Assembly (NCBI GenBank): GCA_050010895.1 | Contig: JBEKKD010000001.1 | Coordinates: forward strand, 1 to 62,674 | Length of the DNA stretch: 62,674 bases | From: Armatimonadota bacterium | GTDB lineage: Bacteria > Armatimonadota > Hebobacteria > Hebobacterales > Hebobacteraceae | Direction: 5' to 3' | In this document: positions 49,449 through 57,040 of the stretch, piece by piece | Layout: every line of letters starts with the position of its first letter | Position numbering within the stretch: the first letter of the stretch is position 1 | Notes under the pieces: model-generated | Told to the model about the DNA's origin: nothing | The model's database searches: none | The model's input: only the letters and a program-made list of their open reading frames with translations | Position numbers and translations under genes: made by a program

Positions 49449-50744
49449 TCAGCATTCCTCGAGTTCGCCGTGGTTCTGACCGCGGCCCTTGAGGATCATG
49501 AGTCTGAGTACGGCCAAGAGCTGTGCCGGAGCCTGTATGGTGCCATGGTTCACGTAGACCCCGATCTTCTGTAATAGCAGCTCTGGAGTGACGTCCTCGG
49601 CGAATGTCAGCTCCCCGTGGTTCTCCAGGTGCGAGCCGTCATCCATCAGCTCCAGTTCGGCGCGCCCCAGCATCATCTCATCACGGTTCTCGACGACACC
49701 CGCGGACTCGGCGCTGACCTCCACAAACGAGCCGAAGTTCTCAGTACACCGGTCCTCCAGCGCGGCCAGCAGTCGGGCGGGGCCGATGGTCTTGCCGTAG
49801 TTCGTGTACTTCGCGATCTTCCGGAACAGCAGCTCCTCGGGCACGTCGGCGGCGATGATGGTCTCGCCGTAATTCTCATACGACGAATCATCGCGGATGC
49901 GCTCCAGGAATGCCCGCGTCAGCATGCGCTTTCCGTAGTTGGACACCTTTTTGCCCTCGGCCGCTGCTTCCTCCGCACTCGTCGCCTCGAACTGCCCCAG
50001 GTTGGTTGGGCAGCGCGTCTTCAGCAGGTTCAGCACCGCCTCCGGGCCCGACGTCTGCCCCACGTTGTGGTAGGCCGCGATCTTCGTGCCCACCATTTCC
50101 TCGGTGACGTCCACCGAGAACGTCGTCTGACCGATGTTCACGTAGGTGGTGCCGTCGTCGAGCCGGGAGAGGTAGTCGGGCGTGACGCTGGTCTGCCCGA
50201 CAGAACGCACCACCGCGCCCACCGAGTCGGGGAGCACGATCGTGATGCCGGTGATCTCGAGCTTGCCGAACATGGCGCCAATGACACTCTCGCAGGCCAC
50301 CACGATGCCCACCATACGCAGGTCATCGAACTTCTCCCCGATCAGCGCCGCGGGGACATCAGGCCTGATGAACGCGTTGCCGACGACCATCACCTTCTGG
50401 CCCGATGGCATCCCCTCGGCCATCGCTCTGGAGATGGTGATGTCCGGCTGTACGATGACCCGGAGGTCGGAGGGGGCCACCACTATTGACCCGGCGCTTT
50501 CCACAGACACATTCGCGAGCGCGGCGCTGTTCTTCTCGTCCAGCAGTATGATGCCCGCGGACTTGATCGACTCGATTTGTGCGACTTGCTCTGCTGGAAC
50601 GCCGCGCAGGTCGAGCACGCCCGCCGACTCGATCCGCCGACTAGGAATCCCGCGGATGACTCCCGCGCTCTCGCTCGTCGCCGCGCGGAGCATACTCTCT
50701 TTCTCGACTTCGTTCTCTTCGTTCATCTCACTCTCCCCATTCAT
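49449..50744 (-). CDS. orphan acidic repeat protein (431 aa), no recognisable family
   Basis: The ORF track gives 49449..50894. The start is placed at MNGESEMNEENE (ATG 50742-50744), which forms an ATGA overlap with the upstream small ORF. No signal peptide or TM helix. It has N-terminal x-SAG-x mini-repeats and three C-terminal repeats of about 75 aa. Confidence 0.5.
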   Translation of the reverse strand: MNGESEMNEENEVEKESMLRAATSESAGVIRGIPSRRIESAGVLDLRGVPAEQVAQIESIKSAGIILLDEKNSAALANVSVESAGSIVVAPSDLRVIVQPDITISRAMAEGMPSGQKVMVVGNAFIRPDVPAALIGEKFDDLRMVGIVVACESVIGAMFGKLEITGITIVLPDSVGAVVRSVGQTSVTPDYLSRLDDGTTYVNIGQTTFSVDVTEEMVGTKIAAYHNVGQTSGPEAVLNLLKTRCPTNLGQFEATSAEEAAAEGKKVSNYGKRMLTRAFLERIRDDSSYENYGETIIAADVPEELLFRKIAKYTNYGKTIGPARLLAALEDRCTENFGSFVEVSAESAGVVENRDEMMLGRAELELMDDGSHLENHGELTFAEDVTPELLLQKIGVYVNHGTIQAPAQLLAVLRLMILKGRGQNHGELEEC

Positions 50745-50977
50745 TGTCTGTACAGCCCGGCTGAGCGACTCCGGTTCGCCCAACTCGACCTGATGCTCGC
50801 AGGCCGTATCCTCGCGGTGGTGCGGATCATAGCTGCCATGAAGAACGCCCACGCCTGCGCCTCGCCACGCGCCCGTGCCGTGAACCCATCCCACAGCGCG
50901 TCCTTCTCGGTCTCGCTCAGGGCGAGGCCGGCGCGCAGCGCCGTTGACAGCGCCTGATCGATGTCCTCAGCTCTCAT
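50741..50977 (-). CDS. small ORF (78 codons) coupled to the ECF sigma gene; possible unconventional anti-sigma/partner protein
   Basis: ATG 50975-50977 overlaps the sigma stop (ATGA). By hand count, G/C dominates third positions in the first ~55 codons. The frame stays open upstream to 51094, so the true start is uncertain. No zf-HC2 motif and no clear TM helix. Confidence 0.35.
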   Translation of the reverse strand: MRAEDIDQALSTALRAGLALSETEKDALWDGFTARARGEAQAWAFFMAAMIRTTARIRPASIRSSWANRSRSAGLYRQ

Positions 50978-51558
50978 GCGACACTCCCGCGGCGCTTCGC
51001 GCCGCACGCTCCACCGCGGCGCTTCCCGCCGCATGCTCCACCGCGGCCGGCAGCAGGCTTCGGCGAAGCCGCAGCCGCTCCGGTCGGGGCCCACTGCCCC
51101 AGGCTATCTGCGAGGACGTGCCTGCACTCCGACAGTCGTCGCCGCACGGAACCCTCCGGAACGCCCAGCACTTCCCCGATCTCGCGGCTCGTCATGTCCT
51201 GCAGATACCGCATGACCACCATCTCCCGGTCTGCCTCGTCGAGCTGCATCAGGGCGCTCATCACGTCCATCCGCAGATCCGCTTGATTGCCGCCCCCCGG
51301 GTGGTGCGCCGGGAGAGCGTGGACAGGAAATGCCGCCTGCCGCCGCCATACGTCAGTCGCCAGGTTGCGCATGGTCTGCAGCAGCCAGGCGCGCTGGGCC
51401 GGAGGTTCCGCGACTGAGAGCGCTTCGAAGTGCCGCCAGGCCCGCAGGAAGGTCTCCTGGACAATGTCCTCGGCCTGCCACTGATCCCGGAGCCGGGCGA
51501 AAGCCATGGCATGGACGAGTTGCACATTGACTCGGTAGAAGGACTCGAAGTCGCTCAT
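50974..51558 (-). CDS. RNA polymerase sigma factor, ECF (sigma-70 group 4) family
   Basis: 194-aa ORF with region 2 (AEDIVQETFLRAWRHF) and region 4 HTH (DREMVVMRYLQDMTSREIGEVLGVPEGSVRRRLSECRHVL). It has a ~40-aa Gly/Ala/Arg-rich C-terminal tail containing a tandem 9-aa repeat. Confidence 0.85.
   Translation of the reverse strand: MSDFESFYRVNVQLVHAMAFARLRDQWQAEDIVQETFLRAWRHFEALSVAEPPAQRAWLLQTMRNLATDVWRRQAAFPVHALPAHHPGGGNQADLRMDVMSALMQLDEADREMVVMRYLQDMTSREIGEVLGVPEGSVRRRLSECRHVLADSLGQWAPTGAAAASPKPAAGRGGACGGKRRGGACGAKRRGSVA
50991..51044. repeat. tandem 27-nt direct duplication inside the 3' end of the ECF sigma ORF
   Basis: ggcgcttcgcgccgcacgctccaccgc (50991-51017) is followed by ggcgcttcccgccgcatgctccaccgc (51018-51044), with 2 mismatches. 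It is in frame and gives GGACG(G/A)KRR twice in the sigma tail. Confidence 0.85.
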
Positions 51559-51575
51559 TGCCGTCCTGATATAGG

Positions 51576-51600
51576 AACGAATGAGAGCCTGGAAGTGTTC
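51576..51600 (-). promoter_or_regulatory. candidate ECF-type promoter (GAAC-N17-CGTT) upstream of the ECF sigma gene
   Basis: The minus strand reads cgcGAACacttccaggctctcattCGTTcctatatcaggacggcaATG. The spacing fits the common ECF consensus GGAAC-N16-17-CGTT, but the -10 element is only 17 nt from the ATG, leaving a very short leader. Confidence 0.3.
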
Positions 51601-51699
51601 GCGGGATGTGCGACGGACTCAGGATGCCGACCGTAGCCAGCATCTCCTCAGAGCAGGCCCGTCGCCCGTCGGTCCGACCTGGTGTGGACGTACCGGCGG

Positions 51700-52980
51700 C
51701 TATCCGGCGGCCACAACACTCAGCGACGCGAACTTGATCGCCGGGGAATAGGTGGAGTACGACCACTCCGGCTCGGAGCCGATCGCCTCGATTCGCGGCA
51801 GCGCCTTGTATACATTGCCCGCCACCATCGCGTCTTTCACGCGGCCCACGATTTCACCGTTTTCGATCTTGTAGCCCAGGGCGATGTTAACCGAAAAATC
51901 GCCATTGATGACGTTGCCCTGTCCGAGTCCGAGCACCTGCTCTACGATGACGCCCTCTTTCGTGCCTCTGACCATCTCGTCGAACGAGACGTCACCAGGC
52001 GCCACGACCGTGTTGGAGGCTCCACAGCCGGGGCCGTTCCCCGTGCTGCGGGCGCCGGCTTTGGAAGCGGTCTCGAGGTCATAGAGGAACGCCGATAGAA
52101 CACCGCTGCGGATAATCTCATTCCGCTGCCTGGGGACGCCCTCTCCGTCATACGGCGCGCTCTGGGGTGCGAAGTCGAGCGTTCCATCATCGGCAAGCGA
52201 GAACCCCGGCGCCGCGATGGGCTCCCCCAGCCTGTGGGCGAGGGGAGAGTCGCCCTTGAGGACGTTCTTGCCATTGGTCCCCATGAGAAGCGGCCCCAGA
52301 ATGACCTGCATACCGCGGGGAGTGAAGATGACCGGCATCTCCTTCGTCGCCAGATCGGCGGTGCGCTCGGAACGGCGGAATTCGACGATCGCGGCGTCTG
52401 TCAGCTCTCGTACATCGAGGGTTTTCGATCGCCAGTAGTGCAGCTTGCCCACGAACAGCATATCGGTCCCGCGGATCAGCAGGCCGGAGACATGCCCGAC
52501 GTGGGTGCTGTAATCCGCGCTCACGTCCAGGCCGCTGGAGTTGATGAGGCGGCCCCTCGAAACGACCCATGCCGATTCGGCCGAGGTCTTGATCTCCTGG
52601 TTGTAGGACTTGATGCGTTCCAGCATCTCCCCACCCGCTGCCACGAGTTCATCGCGGGATATGCGCTCCACCTGCGGATCATACGTCTGGACAGGCGCGC
52701 CGGGCGCAGGCCCTGGGAAGTCGAATCGCGCCTCGCTGCCGAACTCGGCCAGCTCGATCGCGCGAGCCACCGCCGACTCCGCCTCGCTTTCATCGGTAGC
52801 CCTGCTGACCCCAACTCTGTCATCGACGATGACCCGCACCGTGAGATCCAGCGACTGAGAGGCGCTGACCCGCTTCAGCTTGTCGTCCTCATACTCCGCC
52901 GACGACATGCGCTCGTCGTGCATGACGATCTCCGCGGCCCGCGCTCTCTTCAGCGCGAGTTCGAGTGCTCTCTCGATCAT
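51700..52980 (-). CDS. pmbA: TldE/PmbA-family protein (non-catalytic partner of TldD metalloprotease)
   Basis: 426-aa ORF with TldD/PmbA-family architecture and no HExxxGH motif. It overlaps the upstream tldD stop by 4 nt. Confidence 0.85.
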   Translation of the reverse strand: MIERALELALKRARAAEIVMHDERMSSAEYEDDKLKRVSASQSLDLTVRVIVDDRVGVSRATDESEAESAVARAIELAEFGSEARFDFPGPAPGAPVQTYDPQVERISRDELVAAGGEMLERIKSYNQEIKTSAESAWVVSRGRLINSSGLDVSADYSTHVGHVSGLLIRGTDMLFVGKLHYWRSKTLDVRELTDAAIVEFRRSERTADLATKEMPVIFTPRGMQVILGPLLMGTNGKNVLKGDSPLAHRLGEPIAAPGFSLADDGTLDFAPQSAPYDGEGVPRQRNEIIRSGVLSAFLYDLETASKAGARSTGNGPGCGASNTVVAPGDVSFDEMVRGTKEGVIVEQVLGLGQGNVINGDFSVNIALGYKIENGEIVGRVKDAMVAGNVYKALPRIEAIGSEPEWSYSTYSPAIKFASLSVVAAG

Positions 52981-54332
52981 TGGCGACCTCCCACGGTGAC
53001 GCCCTGTATGCGGACATGCGGGCTGCCGATCCCGACGGGCAGAGGCGACTGGCCGCCCTTGCCACAGCCGCCTCCACCATCCGCCCAGGCGAGATCGTCT
53101 GCGACCATGTCGATGTTCTTCAGTGTCTCGAAGACGTTGCCTGTGAGAACGACATCGCGCACCAACTCAGCGACACGGCCGTCGCGGATCATGTAGCCAT
53201 AGGCCGCGCTGAAGGTGAACATCTCCATCATGGTTTGGCCGCCGATCATGTCCAGAGCATAGAGACCCAGCCGCACGTCCCGTATCAGATCGTCGAAGGC
53301 GGCGGATCGCGGTTCGATAAAGGTGTTCGCCATGCGCACGATAGGCGGGAAACGCCACGTCAGCGCACGCGCGTTGCCGGTCACGCTCTCACCCATCTTG
53401 GCCGCGGTCTCCCTGCTGTGCAGACGGCCCACGAGGACACCGTCCCTGATCAGGTAGTTCTTCCGAGTGCGCACGCCTTCGTCATCGAACGGGTGACTCC
53501 CGCGGCCGCCCGGCAGAGAGCCGTCATCGACGATACTGAGAGCGCCCGAACCGAACTGCTTGCCCAGCACCATCAGCTCTTTCATCTTCTCGTTTTCGTA
53601 CACGAAGTCGGATTCGCTGAGATGGCCGAATGCCTCATGCGCGAACACGCCGCCGAGCTTCTGGTTGAGGATGACGGTGTAGACGCTGCCCTGCACCTGC
53701 GGCGCGGCCAGCAGATCGGCCGCGCGCTGCGCCGCCGCCGCCGCCTTACTCTCGAGCCCGAGCGCAACCTCGAATCCGGCGGCACGCCCCGCACTCTCGT
53801 GAGCGCGCTGGACGAGGTCGCCCTCGCGTGCCACCGCGCCCAGCGAGACCACCACGTCGGGACGCGTCTCCTCGAAGTAGCTGCCTTCGCTGTTCGCGAA
53901 GTGGACCTCCCGGTACGCGTCTCGGTACGATGTCTGCGTCGTGTGGATTCCCCGCACGGCGAGCATCAGCTCATTGCACTGCTCAGTCACCTGCTTCTTC
54001 TCCGACAGGGCGACTCCACGGAAGTCCCGCAGCATCGGCGGCGCAGGTATGATTTCCTCGATCCTCTCGACAGCGGCCAACTCGGTCTTCTCGTGCCCCA
54101 CCAGTCGGGCGCAGGCCACTGCCTCGTTCACGCGCGCGCGAAGGTCGGCGATATCGTTGAAGGTGACGACGCCCCAGCCGCCTCTGACGACCGCCCGAGC
54201 CGTCCCGCCCAGTGAACTGGAGGACGAGATGCGATCTATCTCGTGGCCCCGGAAGCCGATCTCAGTCGTCTGCGCCCGCTCGATCCTGATCTCAGCGTAA
54301 TCCGCGCCGCTGCGACGCAGCGCTTCTTCCAT
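52977..54332 (-). CDS. tldD: TldD-family zinc metalloprotease
   Basis: 451-aa ORF. It contains the HExxxGH zinc motif (FAHEAFGHLSE) and the conserved C-terminal region GGCGKGGQ. Confidence 0.9.
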   Translation of the reverse strand: MEEALRRSGADYAEIRIERAQTTEIGFRGHEIDRISSSSSLGGTARAVVRGGWGVVTFNDIADLRARVNEAVACARLVGHEKTELAAVERIEEIIPAPPMLRDFRGVALSEKKQVTEQCNELMLAVRGIHTTQTSYRDAYREVHFANSEGSYFEETRPDVVVSLGAVAREGDLVQRAHESAGRAAGFEVALGLESKAAAAAQRAADLLAAPQVQGSVYTVILNQKLGGVFAHEAFGHLSESDFVYENEKMKELMVLGKQFGSGALSIVDDGSLPGGRGSHPFDDEGVRTRKNYLIRDGVLVGRLHSRETAAKMGESVTGNARALTWRFPPIVRMANTFIEPRSAAFDDLIRDVRLGLYALDMIGGQTMMEMFTFSAAYGYMIRDGRVAELVRDVVLTGNVFETLKNIDMVADDLAWADGGGGCGKGGQSPLPVGIGSPHVRIQGVTVGGRQ

Positions 54333-54483
54333 CTGCTGTCTCGTGCCATACGCTCCTGGCGGCAGGGACGCGTGCAGCCAAGACGGTGCGGGCCCGGCCG
54401 AGACCGGGCGGCTTGGTCCCAGCCGGGACTCGCGGTCACCGGCGGCAGGCTCCTGTAGCGTCCTTGCGCCACTGACGATACTA

Positions 54484-54519
54484 ATGACTTTCGCCCAAAG
54501 AAGTAAGGGCGAAAGTCAT
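54484..54519. other. perfect 13-bp stem-loop (hairpin 1) in AT-richer intergenic island
   Basis: atgactttcgccc - aaagaagtaa - gggcgaaagtcat, read directly. Confidence 0.7.
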
Positions 54520-54546
54520 CAGAAGACCAGCGAATACCTGAAAGAA

Positions 54547-54582
54547 GACGTTCGCCCGATGTTTCTTTGTTGGGCGAACGTC
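54547..54582. other. perfect 11-bp stem-loop (hairpin 2), sequence-related to hairpin 1
   Basis: gacgttcgccc - gatgtttctttgtt - gggcgaacgtc. It shares the TTCGCCC/GGGCGAA core with hairpin 1, and the aaagaag motif recurs just 5' of it. Confidence 0.7.
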
Positions 54583-54789
54583 CGTAGAGGGGTGCCGATT
54601 GACCTGCCGCGGCGGCGATCATGGCGCGTTCGGTCCCGTCGCAACGGGGGCGACAGAGGCCGGGTCTGCGGTCTGCTCTGAGACTTGTGGAATAAGGATC
54701 ATCAGCGCTGTCGGGCAGGCAGCGGCGTCGCGTGTGGCCGGGCAATGAGGGGGGCGCGAGCGGCGTGAAGCGCCGCCGGCAAGGGGCGC

Positions 54790-56394
54790 ATGCGACGCAC
54801 GCACGCCCTGCCCGCGGGAGGTATTGGACTGAGACCCGATCTGCGCCTATTCGAACCGCGGCAGATCCGCTTTGCCCGTGGCATCATCCTCGTGACGGCC
54901 GCTGTTACCGCCGGGATGCATGCCGTGGCGCAGGGCCACGCCTGGCAGGGGATCTCCCTAGCCACTGGTGCGTTGCTGTACGTCCTCCTCACTGCCGTCG
55001 TCCCCGCCATCACGCGCGCACTGGAGCAGGACGACTCGCCCCATCACATGGCGGTTACCGTCGTCGACCTGCTCTTCATTACCGCGGTTGTCTGGTCGAC
55101 CGGCGGAGTTCAGAGCGAGTACTACCTGCTCTACTACGGACCGGTCCTGTACGCGGCCCTGCGCCTGAACATACGCGATGGCATCGGCGCGACTGTTCTG
55201 GCAGCAGTGCTGTACCTTCTCGTCGTGCTCGGGCACTCCAATCCCGATGTGGTGGTGACGACCCCGCCGCTGCGCGTGCTCGCGGTGCTCGTCTCCGCTG
55301 GGATCCTGGCGGTGTTCTTCGCGTTGATCAGACGCGAGGCGGTCGCTTATGAGAGCCTCCGTGAGTACCTCCACAGCTCGCTCCAGCGTGTGAGCGCTGT
55401 CTACGATCTGGCTCACGCGGCGAATGCCGGAGTCAATCTGCACGCTCTCGCGAGCATGCTGCTGGATCAGACCATGCGCGCCACCGGCACGGATGCCGGA
55501 GCCGTGTCTCTGCTGGCAGACGAGGGCCGGCTCGTGCTCACCTCGTCCGCCGGGCTGGACGCTCAGGATGAGCAGCCATTCGCCGCCGCACTCACGGCGT
55601 CGGCGCTGCGGGCGATGGGGGAGCGGAAACCGGTGCTCGAGAACGTCCCCGACGGCGTCTGCGGGCTTCATCGGCTGCTCACCGCGCCACTCATAGGCCC
55701 AGGAGGCCCTGTAGGAGTTCTGACGATCGCCTCTCGCGTCGCCAGGAGACCGCGGAGCAGTCACGTGGAGTTCGTCCAGGTGCTGTGCTCTGAGGCGGCG
55801 ATTGCGATCGAGAACGTTCAACTGCACGCGCAGCTTGGTCGGCTGGCCAGCACTGACCACCTGACGGGCCTCGCCAATCGGCGGGAAATGGAGCGCGTCT
55901 TGAGCATTGAGGCCGAGAGAGCAGGCCGCTACCAACGGCCTCTCGCCCTGCTGGCCGTTGACGTGGACAATCTCAAGGCGGTGAATGACTGCTACGGTCA
56001 TGCGGTGGGTGACAGAGTGCTTTGCGCCCTTGGGCGTGTGCTCGCAGGGAACCTCAGGAGCTCGGATGCTGCCGGCCGGATGGGCGGCGATGAGTTCCTG
56101 GTGGTCCTTCCGGAGACAGATACGCGCGGCGGGGAAGCGCTCGCCGTGCGGCTCGCAGAGGATTTCAGTGCCGAGATCCGGGCGATGCAGAGTTGGAGGC
56201 AGACGACGGCCGTGTTGGGACTGAGCATCGGTACCGCCGCCACAGAGGACGGTCTGGCGCAGGTCGGCCAATTGTTGACGGCGGCCGACGAGGCCCTCTA
56301 TGAAGCAAAGCGCGCTCGGAAGGATCGGGCATCTCTCCCCGAAACGCAGCAGTTGGCCTGCCTGACGCCCAAGGGGCCCCTGGCTACTTGCTAG
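54790..56394 (+). CDS. membrane-anchored GAF-GGDEF diguanylate cyclase
   Basis: 534-aa ORF with about 5-6 N-terminal TM helices and a GAF-like middle region. The GGDEF domain has an intact active site (GRMGGDEFLVVL) and an RxxD I-site exactly 5 residues upstream (RSSD). Confidence 0.85.
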   Translation: MRRTHALPAGGIGLRPDLRLFEPRQIRFARGIILVTAAVTAGMHAVAQGHAWQGISLATGALLYVLLTAVVPAITRALEQDDSPHHMAVTVVDLLFITAVVWSTGGVQSEYYLLYYGPVLYAALRLNIRDGIGATVLAAVLYLLVVLGHSNPDVVVTTPPLRVLAVLVSAGILAVFFALIRREAVAYESLREYLHSSLQRVSAVYDLAHAANAGVNLHALASMLLDQTMRATGTDAGAVSLLADEGRLVLTSSAGLDAQDEQPFAAALTASALRAMGERKPVLENVPDGVCGLHRLLTAPLIGPGGPVGVLTIASRVARRPRSSHVEFVQVLCSEAAIAIENVQLHAQLGRLASTDHLTGLANRREMERVLSIEAERAGRYQRPLALLAVDVDNLKAVNDCYGHAVGDRVLCALGRVLAGNLRSSDAAGRMGGDEFLVVLPETDTRGGEALAVRLAEDFSAEIRAMQSWRQTTAVLGLSIGTAATEDGLAQVGQLLTAADEALYEAKRARKDRASLPETQQLACLTPKGPLATC

Positions 56395-56905
56395 ACGGGC
56401 CCTTGCCGTACTGCTTCTCGATCTCTTCCGCAACGGCCTTCTTCACGTGGTCGGCCGTCCAGTACCGGCCCATCTCTTGAGAGAAATCCACGGTATACGG
56501 GTTGGGCTTCGCGTGAATCGTGTAGTCTTTCTCGCTGTTGATCATCAACCCCGACACCGTCATCTTCGCGTTCTGGAAGACCTCGTAGCCTTGCGGAGTT
56601 CTGTAGTCCACGTATTTCACGTAGACCTTGCCGGGATACTCCTGAACGAGCCCCTTCAGAAGATCCATCACCGGCTTGTGTTGGTCGTCGATAGGGAAGA
56701 ATGCCACGATCCTTACCTTGGCGCTCGTGGGTCCTTCTTCGACGATGGGCTTGGCCGGGAGTGGGCTAGTCGACGCTGCGTTCGTGTTCGTTTGAGCCTT
56801 CGGTCCTCTAAACTGTCCCCCAGGCAGCACCGGCCGGCCGCACCCGGCTGCCAGGCAGGAAATACATGCAGCAACTGCGAGCAGAAGAAGATGGCGCTGG
56901 TTCAT
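56384..56905 (-). CDS. hypothetical lipoprotein
   Basis: The ORF track gives 56384..57016. The start is placed at MNQRHLLLLAVAACISCLAAGCG (lipobox). The mature part is about 150 aa of alpha/beta-looking sequence with no CxxC. Function unknown. Confidence 0.5.
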   Translation of the reverse strand: MNQRHLLLLAVAACISCLAAGCGRPVLPGGQFRGPKAQTNTNAASTSPLPAKPIVEEGPTSAKVRIVAFFPIDDQHKPVMDLLKGLVQEYPGKVYVKYVDYRTPQGYEVFQNAKMTVSGLMINSEKDYTIHAKPNPYTVDFSQEMGRYWTADHVKKAVAEEIEKQYGKGPSSK

Positions 56906-57003
56906 GCGAGATCCTCCATCGTCCTCGCTGTTCGTCACCAAGCCCCGGTTCTCCTGTCGGTTGCCGCAACAGCACGATGGGGTGGCTCGCCGGGGGCAAC
57001 TGG

Positions 57004-57012
57004 TGGTACAAT
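57004..57012 (+). promoter_or_regulatory. candidate extended -10 (TGgTACAAT) upstream of larE
   Basis: tggtacaat lies about 29 nt upstream of the larE GTG start and about 18 nt upstream of its AGGAG. Confidence 0.3.
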
Positions 57013-57040
57013 ACACCTACTTGTCCGATAGGAGATGTGA

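Noticed and set aside
54470-54600. c-di-GMP (GEMM) riboswitch upstream of the diguanylate cyclase
   Set aside because: The twin hairpins lack the GNRA tetraloop/receptor arrangement and the conserved ACGCAAAGC-type segments of GEMM-I as I remember them. They are kept as unexplained hairpins instead.
54958-56433. 491-aa minus-strand ORF antisense to the GGDEF gene
   Set aside because: It is a shadow ORF. The plus-strand frame has TM helices, GAF and GGDEF motifs.
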